Of a stretch of DNA of 64,000 nucleotides, positions 49,944 to 61,950 are shown piece by piece (the first letter of the stretch is position 1; each line of letters begins with the position of its first letter). Source of the stretch: Raillietiella orientalis. Its lineage: Eukaryota. The DNA lies in assembly GCA_036172245.1 (NCBI GenBank), contig JAYWIR010000011.1, forward strand, positions 3,348,001-3,412,000, written 5' to 3'. The position numbers were made by a program, and so were the translations under genes. The notes under the pieces are model-generated. The model was not told the DNA's origin. It searched no databases and saw only the letters and a program-made list of their open reading frames with translations.

Positions 49944-50039
49944 ATGGCATTGTTTCGTCAACCCTCTGATGGCATTGTTGCGTTGGCGCTTCTTTGCCCC
50001 TCCCTCTACGTGGACGCGTCTCGCTGCATTGTTGCGTTT
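49944..50039 (-). promoter_or_regulatory. Three copies of ACG(C/A)AACAATGC on the minus strand, candidate promoter elements of gene C
   Basis: Plus-strand gcattgtt(t/g)cgt at ~49947, 49972 and 50026. Followed on the minus strand by aaatataag (~49905) and aaaATGG (~49890). Confidence 0.5.
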
Positions 50040-50179
50040 ACGTCGCTTCCGTGAATCCTCGTGTCCGCTTCCAGAGCATCAAATAGAAATGCTGCTTTAA
50101 AAAGGCTTCGCCCACCTCGCAACCTTCGCTTCCTGTTCTGGAAAAAGTGGCCCCGTTTCCTACTGCACTGGCGGGCTGC

Positions 50180-52050
50180 TGTCTATGCCCTAAACCCCCC
50201 GGCAGCCCTGAGAACGCACGTGTAGCACATGGATAAAGTCTGTGTGCTGCGCACGAGTATGTGCTTTGCTTTCTTCGTCGATTTGAGTGACACGTTTCCA
50301 GCAGGAACTGACTGCGATGACATCCGATCCTGGATCAAAGGGTCGAGTGATGGGACAGCCGAATATTTTGGAAGGGAAACATGTCTTGGTGGAAATAAGC
50401 ATCTCTTGAGGCAGAGTGCATCTATTGTGGACGTGAATACGAAGACAGCACTGTCAGAGTCCAAAGAGCAGCTGACTCCCCGGTGCAAAGTTTTCACACG
50501 TCACTTGAGACAAGGCCTGCAAGTTTGTCGGCAATGGTGGAGTTTTCGTTTTCCCCCTTTCCAGTAAGCATTTACTCCTTCAAACTTCGAAGTGGAGAAG
50601 AAACTAGAAAATTCCCTGAACCGAAGACGGAAGGTAACTTTCAAGTTTTCCTTCTTTCTTTCCTTCTCGTCCTCTTCAAAAGAACTCTGCTGCTGCATGT
50701 ATTCAGATGAAACTAAATAGAGAAACGAAAGAGCGCTGAGACCGGGATAGGCAAGGAAAGAAGGCGGGGATTTTTTGTTGAAAAAGTTACGCGCAAGTAT
50801 TTCCATCCGGAAGGCAGAACTCAGACCATCTGAATGGCGTGGAATCACCTTCGTAAGACCAGAGCACGTAATGGTCAAGATTTTCCAAATGATGAATAAT
50901 AGATGAAAGAAAAGGGAAAGCAGATAGGCGGGTCACCAAGAGAAGCATTCTCATGGAAAATGGATCCAGTCCTGAGATAAGCGTCTGCAGTATCTGCGCT
51001 AAAAAGTCGTAGTACCTCGTTTTTCCAGCAGGAGAAGAGATGATCGGCGCTGGAAGTCCCTAAACAAAATGCTGAAAGAGCAACCATCGGAACGAAGATG
51101 TGTTACTGCTCTCCGATAGATCGAATCTGCTGGAAACTGAAAGACCGGTTGCTTTCAGTACTCTCAGGACAGATGGGTTTGCATCCGTAGGCGGCGCCCA
51201 CCTTTGAGAATGCGACCTCTCTGCAGGAACTAAAGGGAACGGTCTGCTTTTCGACTTGTGCTTCTCTCTCGAGGAAGCTACAGTACCTGCACTACCTGTA
51301 TCCATCTCTGAAGTCCCTCTGTGTTGATGCAAAGAGACATTTGATTTGCCCAAAGTTAAAAGATCCTTTCAAGCCTTTTGAGGAACAGCCATTCGGGAAG
51401 CATCATTTGCATCTTTCCACTGCATTAAAGCCTGTTGTCCTTCAATCTCCTCTTATTTTCATGCTATCAGTTGATGAACAGAAAGACCTGATGCCGATGG
51501 CAGCAGCTAGGCCGTTAGAAGCGCACGATTGTAACTTGACACTGTTGAGGACTTTCTGTTTAAATTTGGACTTTCCAGCATGGATGGATTCTGGAAACTG
51601 CAAATCCCTTGACTGGAAAATCAGGTCTGGTGGCTGCCTCCCAGCAAGTGACTACCAAATAAGCGGGTAGCGAGTGCTCCCCACAGCTAGGAAGCTGTGA
51701 TTTCGTTCTGGTGGAATGCTTTTAGAACTGGCAAAAGTGCCCTTGCATGGCAGCTCTCTCCCCTCTGACGTGACGTCAGCAGGGTTCTCAGCAAGGCGCC
51801 ATAACAGCGCTGCATATCATGCCAGCTGCGTTCGACGAGAGTGCTGTCAGCTGCCAACAAGTGCTTGCTTCTTTGCCGAAGAACTGGCACAGAACCTCTT
51901 TTTCAGAAGATCGGCTCTTCTCCTTGAGGACCGCCTGACATTTGTTCTGGCGAGTTATGTACTTTTCTGACCTTTCCAGCCCATGAGTTAGGAGGGGGGG
52001 CGATCCTCTTGCTCCTTGATAAGGGGGCAGCTAGCAAACCCCTCCTGTGC
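50180..52050 (-). mobile_element. Decayed LINE, linker to RT, intergenic
   Basis: 'PRHSDGLSSAF' (~50835), 'YWKGGKRKLHHCR' (~50560), 'VSLKSTKKA' (~50285). Confidence 0.6.
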
Positions 52051-52205
52051 TACTTGAAAGTGAGCAAACTGCGCGAGCGGCTACCACACAGGAACATAAG
52101 GAAGTCTTTTTTTTTCCACCGTAGTCGCAGCCCTCAGCTCCTCCGCGAAATCACCATCCGCCTACTGGACCGTCACCTTCAGGACGTTCCTTTTGATGGC
52201 GACCT

Positions 52206-52425
52206 TCAGAGCACTTTGATATTCATGAAACAACTGGAGATCAGCTCCACGGTTGTCGAAGAATACTGCTCCTTGCTGAGGACCCTGAGGAAGTCCAGTA
52301 TGTAGTCCATCTCGAGGATGAGGACGGGCGGTTTCTTGGACGACAGGGACTCGACGCTCTCCTTCAGCGCCCCGGAGTGGGACTGGACAAAGTTGGGCTT
52401 CCTCAGCCACGTGTACTCGAGCATC
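52206..52425 (-). CDS. Gene D terminal coding exon (MLEYTWLRKPNFVQSHSGALKESVESLSSKKPPVLILEMDYILDFLRVLSKEQYSSTTVELISSCFMNIKVL-stop); family not recognised
   Basis: Acceptor ctacag|G, very strong GC3 codon bias, globular-looking composition, TGA at 52206. Phase matches the 57667-57713 exon (AA+G = Lys). Confidence 0.8.
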
Positions 52426-52599
52426 CTGTAGATGCCCAGCATCGAGGACAGGGGTGGCAGCAGGAAACAGCATCCGAAAAGGCTCGAAAGATGTGGCTCC
52501 AACCCGAAATCTGCAGACTGAGCAATCACTCGATCGCAGTCCAAAATCCTGTCCACCTGTCCACTGAGCGTTTTTTTTCTCTTGGAGCCCATCCAGCTG

Positions 52600-55500
52600 T
52601 GTCCTCCCTTTGGACGAAGCGCCGGCACACACATGGACTCCGAAGGGGCTCAGCAGCAGGAAGAACCAAGGCGGAGGAACGCTGAATCAGAAGACTCCAC
52701 TTTCCTAGAGTTTCCCGTTCTCCCACTAAGGATGGAGTTCGTTCATCCTATCTGCGTGGAGGATTCTAAGTGCTCATACTGTGTGCATATTCTTGCATAT
52801 TTTCGCGATTCATGCAAGCATGCGCTGGAGAACAAGAACGCACAGACGTATGCCGACTACTACTCGCATCCCCTGTTCTCTCCCACGACGGAGGAGGTAC
52901 TCTAGGAATGGGACTAGGAATGGGTTCAAATCGTCTCCACGCCCACCCAAATGCCCCCCCATTCCTCGCCCAAGAAAACTCTAATTCATTAGGAGCTTTT
53001 GTTGAGTTTGCTGGGATAGAGCTGCCTATGGTGTCTGCTGTGCTGGGCTTGTGCGCAGGCGCTCTGCATTTCGCGATGCTCCCGAAGGAAGATGCATCCC
53101 AAAGAGTAGTCCCACACTCACCGGGTCCACTTGCGCTCCTCAATCTCCGAACGCCCAAAGGCTTTGCCTTAGAGGCACCTGGAGATGGAAGTTGATTCCT
53201 TCTTGCCTCCTGGAAACGGAACCACGTGATTTGGAAGCGAGAGTCAGACCGAAACTCGCTGCTCCCTTCCATTTTGTCCTTTCCACCCCATAGTTGTACC
53301 GTCGCCAGCACGGCAAGTCATCGGCAAGGGAACGGACCTTATTCCTTTGGCGCCTCCCACATTCGGCACTCCAGCACAGCTTCCACATACACACACACAC
53401 ACACACACACCTCCTAACGCAGATTTGGGAGCGATGACTTCCGAGGGGATGCAGGAAGGTCTCGACACCGATTCCACTTCGAAAGAGAACAGCCAGAGCT
53501 GCTTGTGCTGTGTGCTTTGAACTACTCCGCTTGCCACTGCTGCAGGCATCGCCGAGAGGTGAGATCAGATCCATTTTCCCGGTTCCCTTGGATCCGCAAT
53601 TTGCAGTTTCCACCATGCTATCTGGCACTGACAGAAGAGAGACCGCAGCGCAGGAAGAAGGAAGGAAACTCGTGCTCGGGAGAACGGAAGGATCTCTCCT
53701 TCACGCGTCTGCAACCCTTGCCCATTCTTCCAATCGGCCCTTGACGCTCTCTGAGGCCTGCGAAGATTCTTCTGAGGGTGAGACAACCTCCCTGCAGAGG
53801 GTGCTGAGTGCAAACGAAGTCGTGAGGATGAGAGAAGGAATCCAGTACCCGCCGCGGAGTAGTGGGGAGAGAGGGAGGGGACCGCAGAGGCGAGGTTCGG
53901 CAAGCTGCAGAATGAGAAACCGCAGACGTCCACGTGGTCCGGGGTTTTCCCTGGAAAGGAGCTCCTAAAGAGAAGCGCGGCTCTTTCGACTCTTTCGAAC
54001 TCGCTCGTGGCCCGAGAGGGATTCCCTGACCTGAAATTTCTGACCCGACACCGAGATGCTCTCGGTGTCGGGTCAGTAATTCAAAGAACCGCCAGAGAAT
54101 CTGGACGTAGCTCTACCGTAAGTTTTCCAGCTTCCGGAACAGAATTCTTTGCGGTGTTCCCTGTTTCTCCTGTTTGCATGACTGGGGACGCGGGTGCCTC
54201 TCTGATTGGCCGTGGGAAGAGGGGATGTGGCTGCTGGCGCTCCTGCACGCTGGTTTCCCGGGAGATGAGAGTAAGTGGATCGAAGCAGGGCGGTTTCTGC
54301 GTTCTTCGGAGTGCGGCGGACCTCGGATGATGCAACCGAAGCTCTCGGCACCCGCATTTCGTGCACAACTGGTAATTCCACAATGGCTTCACTTGTGGTC
54401 CCACCCCCAGGGCGGTGCCTGGCGAGAGAAAAGCGAAAACAAACTTCGCGGTTTCTAAGGAGACGGAAAGGCGTGCGAACAAGAGAACCACAGGACAAAG
54501 TCAGCGTGGAAGGCACGCGGGATGGGGCCTTAACGATCCATGAGCTGCAGACAGTCCAGTGAAAGTGAAAGGGTAGCATTGTCATCCATGACTCCTGAAA
54601 CAGGGACACTTGCTGGCATTAAGAGGGAATAACCAGAGTTGCTGTGGCAAGGGCAGCTGCTGGCGCCTCTTCTAAAACTTTTGTTCCTCTTCCAAGGCAG
54701 CAGCTATGGTTGATCGCGATAATGAAGATCGGGGAAAGCAGCGAAGAAAAATCCGTCTCTTCTCGACAGACTCAAAGGTAGCTGCGATTCCTTCTTTTCC
54801 ACTCATGATCTCCTCCCTTCTTTTACCCCGGTTTGGCCTCTAAAGTCCAGAGTGCCCGTCCCGTCAGCTCTCCTGAGATAAACAGTCCAATTTCCCCACC
54901 AAGAAATTCTTCTAGCAAACCGGAAGCAGCTGTGACTTCACTCGCTGAGTATCTCGTAGGTCAGTTCTCTCTCCTGATGTACCCACCCGGTTTCTCTATT
55001 CCCAAGCGATGTGTAGGCGCCACTTGCTGAAAGAAGGTCTCTGAGGGAAACCATCTTCAATCTTCGTCGTCTTAGAAACAAAAAGCACCAAGACCTTTTG
55101 TTCCTTTGAGATCTCAAGATCCACCGGGATTTCGGAGACCGTGCAAATAGGTGCAAAATTGCATTTCTTGCAAGGCACTGAAGCTCAGTTAGGAATGAAC
55201 CTTCTTTGCTTCAGTTTCTGGAACCACTTCCTTCTTCAACGCTGTTGGGTTCCGCAACCACTTTCCCCATTACCCTTTGCCGGAGCCCAGGGAATTTTTC
55301 GGACCTGGAAAGGGGTCTACTCCTTAGTTCCCTTCCTAAAAATGCCTACGCCCAGCTGCAGCAGCTTACACGAATCGAGAAGGAACCCGGCGACTGAAGA
55401 CAGTGGCTGACATTCCTGCTTTGGATACAAGACACTTCAGGTGGGAGTTGCTCTCTGAACTGAGAAGATTTGCTTCTTCTTCTCTGTTGCAAGGAGTCTT

Positions 55501-55600
55501 CTGAGCAGCGAGTGTCATCATGGAAGAATCAACCCGTCTACTCTTTTGGAAATCCCTCCTCTAGCTGCTGAATCAACTCTTCGGTTGCTACTTCTATCCC
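52600..55600 (+). mobile_element. Decayed L1-type LINE, ORF1 plus endonuclease, in the last intron of gene D
   Basis: Knuckle-like 'PHSCTVASTASHRQGNGP' (~53290), ORF2-start-like 'CMTGDAG' and 'LVSREMR' (~54175-54270). Right boundary uncertain. Confidence 0.5.
53389..53410 (+). repeat. (AC)11 microsatellite
   Basis: Read directly. Confidence 0.9.
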
Positions 55601-55899
55601 TTCGGTTCATTAGAGAAATAGCAATTCTCTTCTCGGGCAGAAGCACCAGAAGGGATTGTGATGTGCACCCGGTCACGCCGAGATGTTTACTTAAAAAGTA
55701 AACTACAAATAAGGAAAATAGTGTTCCCTACATACAAGAAATGCCCCCCCCCCAAAAAAATAAATAAATAAATAAACAAATAAGTTCATTGGGGCTGACC
55801 CCCTGCACGCAAGCCGGCTTCGAAGAAAGTAGAGAACGAAAGGAGGGGACAGTAAATTAATAAAAAAAAGAAGGAAGGGTAGGCAAAGAGGTGTTTGGT

Positions 55900-57250
55900 T
55901 TTATTCGTTCCTTTCTTTCTATAAGCGGCTATGTATGGTGACAATCTCAAACTGGGGACTCCTTCTAACAGGTGAGGCCATCTTGCAGCCGTCCTCATCA
56001 AGGCGAAGAGCTCCTGATTGTTGATTTTCATGCATCCTCATCTCCTACTAGGAAGGAGGAGATTTGCTCTCCACGGGTACGAAATTCAAGCACTTTGTTT
56101 CTCGAATTTCCTTCCATCTCCTCGCTTTCTTGAGATCCGTGTGGTCTCCAAGGCAACGCACTTCGTTTCTGGAAAAGCCCGCGAGGAGTCTACCGAGCCG
56201 GATTGGGTCGCTTCTGCTAGAAAACCACCCAGCAAACACCGCTTCTTCTTTGAACGCCGTGGGCTCGGACTGGTGTGCCCAGCAGTCCCCATTCATGGCC
56301 ATGGAGATGCTGGGAAATCCTCCCTTTTTATTACTAGTTTTCCACACTTTCATCGAGCAGTTCGAGTTGGAGCTTGACTCTACCGCCTCGTCCTCGATCC
56401 CTGCCTGTCCTGACCACCAAGTCTGCATCTTTGGCAGCTCCTCCGTTCCACTTTCAGCCATCGAGTCTTCTCATTGCTTCTGGACAGGAAGTCTTCTTCG
56501 AGCGCTTCGACCTCACTGACCCCAGCTTACAAAATCTGTGAGACTCGCCCTGTTTGACTCCGGGTGTCAGAAGCAGGAACGGTCGTGCTTCCACCCGAGG
56601 ACCAATCTGTTCTCCGGCTCTTGGCTCCTTCTTCCGTCAGAATACCTCCTCCTTTGGAAGGCCGGCGGTGCAGCTCTCCCCGTTCTCTCCGCACCTCCAG
56701 ACTAGGGGCTCTAATCGAGAGATCTTTCTTGGAGGAGGATTGTGTGGAAAGTGCCGCTGACCGTCCTTCAAAGTGGAAGGAGGCAGTTGGATTTCTCCGT
56801 CCTCTGTTGCCGCTGAAATCACAGCCGCCTGACTCTCTCCCTTCTTTCACCACACGCAACCCTGCAGGACGTCATCGTCAGCTAAGGCGCAGTTTGTTCA
56901 TCCCTGCCTCCGACTCTGGGATTGGCCGGCGGCTCTCGAGGTTTCGCGTTCTCAAGACCGCAACGGAGGCAAAAAAAATAAAAAATACTCGATCTTCAAA
57001 AGCGGAGCGAGTGATGCCTCTTTTCCCGAAATCCGTTTGGTTGACCGCTAAATGCGCAGAAGCCTCGAAGATTTTAGACGTGGGGAGATGCCGCACTTCC
57101 CCCTTCTCCTCCTCCTTTCCCCCCCTCCCCGACCCCAGCACATTTCCCTTTCTATTATCTCAGCTGATTCTCCCGCTCCTCGCCGAGCGAAGCGATCCCG
57201 CCGGCCGGGGACGGATGAAACTTTCAGATGTTTCGAAATCCCCACGTCTC
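55900..57250 (-). mobile_element. Probable decayed LINE ORF1 fragment converging on the previous element
   Basis: 'FGKRGITRSAFEDRVFFIFFAS' (RRM-like, ~57000), knuckle-like 'MGTAGHTSPSP' (~56285). Confidence 0.4.
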
Positions 57251-57666
57251 CGCGCCTTGCCAATGACAGATGGCTCCAGCGTCTGCCAGCATCCATTTGT
57301 CTGGTTCAATTAAGGGGCTGAAATATTTTAAAAAATCCATTTCGCTGGCGTATGAAACACTTGGTATGCGTGGTTGATACAAAAAAAATAACGCGCGAAA
57401 TCAAGGATGGCAGGCTGCACGAGTTTGCTGCTCGCGTTTTCTCAACAGAATATCCGGCAGGAAAAAATTTCAGATCAAAAGAGGAGGAGAAAGAGGAAGA
57501 ACAAGAGGCTGGGCCACTCCCGTCTTAGAAAGAGGCAGCAGCCGTGATTTTCGGATCGTCCTATCTCTGATCGCTGCTTCGTGATAGGGAAGCCATTTGT
57601 TTTTGTGTGTGTTTCTGTCTCGCCGCCATCTCTCAAACAACCGATGTTTGGCGCACCATAAATTAC

Positions 57667-57713
57667 TTGACGCACCGCGCCACCAGCGTCTTCGATAGAA
57701 ATCCGTATGCACC
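57667..57713 (-). CDS. Gene D penultimate exon (GAYGFLSKTLVARCV-K)
   Basis: gccag| acceptor, AA|gtaatt donor. Phase 0 in and phase 2 out both match the neighbouring exons. Confidence 0.7.
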
Positions 57714-57803
57714 CTGGCGCACCACATGCGCTCAATCTGCTGTGGGCAGCCGGCGTTAATTAGCGGCAGGATCCCCCCTGTTTCTCTTAGCAACGACAGT
57801 CAC

Positions 57804-57918
57804 CGAGGCCGCCGTAATGTGGATGCTGACGTTGTTGACTTTTCCGATGAACCATGTTGCTATTGGCAGCGCTCGTTGCCGGCGTATATTTTGGCATCCT
57901 CTTACGGAGTCCTGCTTC
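57804..57918 (-). CDS. Gene D internal exon (KQDSVRGCQNIRRQRALPIATWFIGKVNNVSIHITAAS)
   Basis: Pyrimidine tract plus ctccag|, TCG|gtgact donor. The following 90-nt intron (57714-57803) contains a branch-like gctaat. Confidence 0.65.
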
Positions 57919-57999
57919 CTGGAGGCGATACGCGCAGACGGGAAGGGAGGCGAGCAGTAGCAGACCTTCGTCGTCGGGGAAGTCGCCTTCCTGGAGAGT

Positions 58000-59000
58000 C
58001 CCAGGGAAGGTTTCGTGCGGCGAACCTAGAGGAAAATTCCAGGGTCCGGGCTATCGAAGCAGCGAGCAGCCTCTCTCGAGCCGTGCTGCAGAGGCCATCT
58101 CTCTTTGCGTCTCTCTTTGTCACACTCAGCGACTCTCCAGGCATCTCACGTCCTCCGGGGATAGCGTCTTCTCAGCACCCCACGCCCACTCGCAAGTCGA
58201 GACGCTCCCCGCACGCTGCGGAAACTGCCGCCGCATCACTGCTGGCGACCGCGACCGCGGGGCGTTTCCGGCCTTCCCGAGCCAAAGGGAACTTGATGGG
58301 GACTGCGGGCTTCCTGAACCTCCTGCCAAGCGAGCCCTCCCTCAAGCGGGGGCATGCGGAGGGGGCACCGTTCCGGAGGCTCCCGTCCACCGAGCCACCT
58401 GAGAAGCGGTGTGGCCGACGCCGAGCAGCCATGAGTTCACTTGTGACGGGAGTCGACTGCCTGCTTAAAGCCACAGAGGAGGAAGAATCCCTTTGTCTGG
58501 GAGGGCGGGTATCCTCTAGCATGCAGCTGCTTCTCGAGGAGGAATGCTGCAGCGACCACCTCTTGGTCCGCTCTCTACTTACGGGGCCGGAAGAGCTGCA
58601 CTGGGGAGAAAGAGGGAGGAGACCCTGTGGATGAAGTTTGAAGAGGACATGGAGGAAAGGGGAAGTCGACGATCTCTGGAGAACCTGGAGAAAAACCACG
58701 GACCCGCTCGGGACGACTGACTTTTCGGGAGCAGGAAGAAGGTCAACGAAAGTCTCGTGGGTTGGCTCACTGCCGCCGGTGCGAGAGAGGCGCTGCGATG
58801 GCAACGATCTGTGGTGCCTATGCGACATCGCGACGGCACGCCCCATGATGGCGTCTCGTTTTCACGGCAGCCGCCTCGGCGAGGACTGCTGAAAGAAGGC
58901 TCACCCGCAAGAAGTCTACAGGGAGGTCGCCGCCATCCACAGCTACTTTTAGGAACGTGCTGCATCAGAGACCCCCGTCCCTATCCTTCCGTTCTGAACT
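58000..59000 (+). mobile_element. Decayed LINE endonuclease
   Basis: 'LCLGGR' (~58495), 'VDDLWRTW' (DxWR, ~58668), 'SRRHAP' (SDHxP-like, ~58830). Confidence 0.6.
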
Positions 59001-59073
59001 TCCCCGAAAGTTGGCCTGGGTACCGGAGGTCGTTCCCATTGGACTTCTTTTTGTTGTTATCCTGTATCTATAC

Positions 59074-59143
59074 TCAGGAAGGGGGAGGGGGGCATTTAGA
59101 GGACTCCTCTGATTTGTCGTTTCTTTATTTTCAAACAAGCGTC
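59074..59143 (-). CDS. Gene D candidate exon (RLFENKETTNQRSPLNAPLPLPE)
   Basis: cattccag| acceptor, weak GA|gtatag donor, phase 2 out fits 57918; lies in the gap between two LINEs. Confidence 0.3.
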
Positions 59144-59149
59144 CTGGAA

Positions 59150-61950
59150 TGACAAGCCGGCACGAGAGAAGACGGGAGCATCCAGTGACGTGTCCAGGCG
59201 ACCTTCCATACGACCTATATCTGCCGGAGAGAGAATCGCAGGATGGCGCCAGAACAAGTGCTACCGCCATCTCATCGCGGCGAAATGGCCCGAAGCCGAC
59301 GAACAGCAACGACCTGGGGGTTTCGGACGGTCTTCACGACGGATGGCTCCAAGATAAGCGACGTGAATCCCCGCGGGGAAGACTCCGCGCAACGTCCAGG
59401 CGCCATCTGCATCCTCATGGGAGAGGGTCGGCTTCCCGGACGAGCTTTCCCGCCAGCGTCCGTCCAACGAAAAAACCCCGCACGGAGACTGTTCCCTTCC
59501 CGAGAACAGACTGCGTGCGTGCGTGTAGGGAGAGCGGCACGCGCTTCGCAGCCAGCCGGGAGTCGCCGCGAGGGACGAGCGAAGCTCCCGCTCGCCTCTA
59601 GAGGGTGCGACTTTCGGACCTCGGGGGCACACGGAGAGATGCAGGTCCACCTCGGATGGGAAAGCCCGGAGGCGCGAGTGCTCGCCGCTTGCCCGCGAAA
59701 AGATCCTCCGGCGGTGTCCATCTCCGCCGCTGGACCTACAAGTCCTTCCCCCCTTCCGGGAAACGCCGACTCGAGATTTCACCATCGCAGCTCCCGCTCG
59801 CATGGAGGGGACTCGCGTGCGTCCAGTGGATCGCAGGACTCGGCATCAGCGTTTCACACGTGGCCTCGCACCCCGCCCCACGCGGACGACCGGGAGTGCA
59901 CCGCGCGCGCGCATCCACGAGGAGAGACGGGGCTGCGCTCACGCACGCTGCTGAGCGGAGGCATTTTGCGGACAGCAAGCGTGAGCCTGCGGGGTGACCC
60001 TGCCACGCGGACGTCCACGTGGACCCGCGACTTGAGAAACTCGCCGCGATCCAGAACGCCGTCGGATCTCTGAGGCATGTGCGCGGGTTCTTTTCCACGC
60101 GTCCACCGCACGGAGACACACCAGAGGCACTCCAGAGGCACACCAGACACACGGCTGACACATCGCTCGCAAGAAGCATCCTCCACATACTCACTGCGCG
60201 CGCGAGACAAACGCGGGAGAGGTGCGAGAGAGAAGCTGTCAAACCGCGCGCGCGCAGCGGCCTCCGGCGGAGATCCCGGGAGGAGAAGAGAGCATTCCCG
60301 CCCGCTCCCTCGCTGCATCCGTCCCCTGGCGGCCCTGAGCTTTCCTGCCGGCAACCCTCGTCTTCCGTGCCGGGGAAGAAGTGCCACCTCTTGCTCCTTC
60401 TGCGCTCCGTCCGGAAGAACAGGAGGGCGGGGGATTCGCCCATCTAGGAGAGGGAGATCCTGCCAGACGGAGGGGGGAAAAAGACGGAGGAGGAGAAGGC
60501 GGAAACCCCGCGCTTTCGCGCCCCCCTCCTCCTGGACAGTTCCAGACGGCGCAGCGTGCGCTGCTCTCAGATCCGAAACGTCACGAACAATTACCGCCGT
60601 AATGAAAGCTTCAGGTTTCGTCTGCCGCCACCAGAGGCCGCGGACACCAGCCGGTTCTCCCCCCCCCTCTCCTCCCCGGCCATGATTCACGCGTGCCTGC
60701 ACGCACCCGGTCTCCAGGCAGCAAAGTTCAAGTGCGAATTCTGCGCGGTTCCGAAGGTCTTCCCGCGCGGCGAGGCGGCGGCGGCGGCGGGCGGGCGGGC
60801 GGCGGCGGCGGCAAGGGCCAGAGCTCGAGAATGGGAGGAGGGGGTACAGAGGCGTCCCGGGAGCTCACGCGGACCCCAAGAAGACCTTGCAGGAAGGGCC
60901 TCCCACCCGCGTCCGAGGTCTCTCGGACGCGCTCCGGAATCCAGCATCACGCTGCTCCTCTCTGCCACAGTCGCGGGGAACGGGAGTCGAGATGACCAAA
61001 GGGACGGTGGTCGAGAGCCTGCACCACCAACGCCAGTGAGGGGGTGAAGGCGCAACAGTTGTCCCGCGGTGATGAGGTGTGGTCCGAGTAGAGACCGGGC
61101 CGGGGATGGAAGGGACGCCAAACGGGCGAACGGCAGCTGTGGAGGCGCCGTGGTATCCTGGAGCGTCCGCAACCCCCGAGCACCCGCGCGCAGAAACAGC
61201 GATCTTTCTTTTGCTTTCCTCCTTTCCGCCCCCCATCGAGCTGGGGGGAGGAGGAAGGGGTCCCAGGCTTTTTCGCGGAGCGAGAAGCTCAGCCGAGGGC
61301 TCGACCAGAGCGATGGTGACCGACGAGAAGAACAGGTCAGCTCTTTGGAGCAGATGAGACCCCTCTTTGGACCGCAGGACCTCGAGGCATCTGCTGCACC
61401 TCTCGACGAGAAGACCCAGCGGCACGGGGGCTGGCGGAGGGAGAGCAGGGCTGTGCGCTTCCCGCACTCGCCGTAAGATGGTGCGTAGTTCGCGAAGCCC
61501 TCGATTCGCATGGCCGAATGCGGGCGGGTGTTGCAGGCAGCCGTATCCAGGGTGCGTGGGGAGGAAAGGTGGGGGTGGAAGGAAGGGCCCTGTGCCGAGC
61601 TACTGCAGATGAACTCCCAATCTCCATGGTGCCAGCTGTTGCTGCAGAAGATGGTTCCTTCCTCCAGGACTGACGCGCCGTGGAATCGACTCCCGCGGGC
61701 GCAAACCGTCGCGCCGCAGGCTTGGTCAGCGGGGAGGGCGTCGATCGCCTCGACCCGTTTCTTCCTCGGTGTGGACAGTGGCAGCCCTGCTGCGAAGGCA
61801 AGCAAAGGAAGAAGAGGAAAAACTTCGACTTTGCGGCCTCTCCCCCCCCCCCCTCCCCGCCTTTTTCCGGAGCAGGGGAAGCGACAGCAGCAGCGACGTT
61901 CCGAAAAGTTCGCAGAGGAAGCCATGTGGAACTTCATCTCCTCGTGGAGC
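59150..61950 (-). mobile_element. Decayed L1-type LINE, RT to 3' end; carries the left arm of IR3
   Basis: 'TEEE/VEAIDALPADQACG' (~61770-61715), 'CNTRPHS' (~61525), 'QARVNHG' (SGxxVNxxK-like, ~60690), zf-like 'RCAESSPRGFTSLIL' (~59385). Confidence 0.65.
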
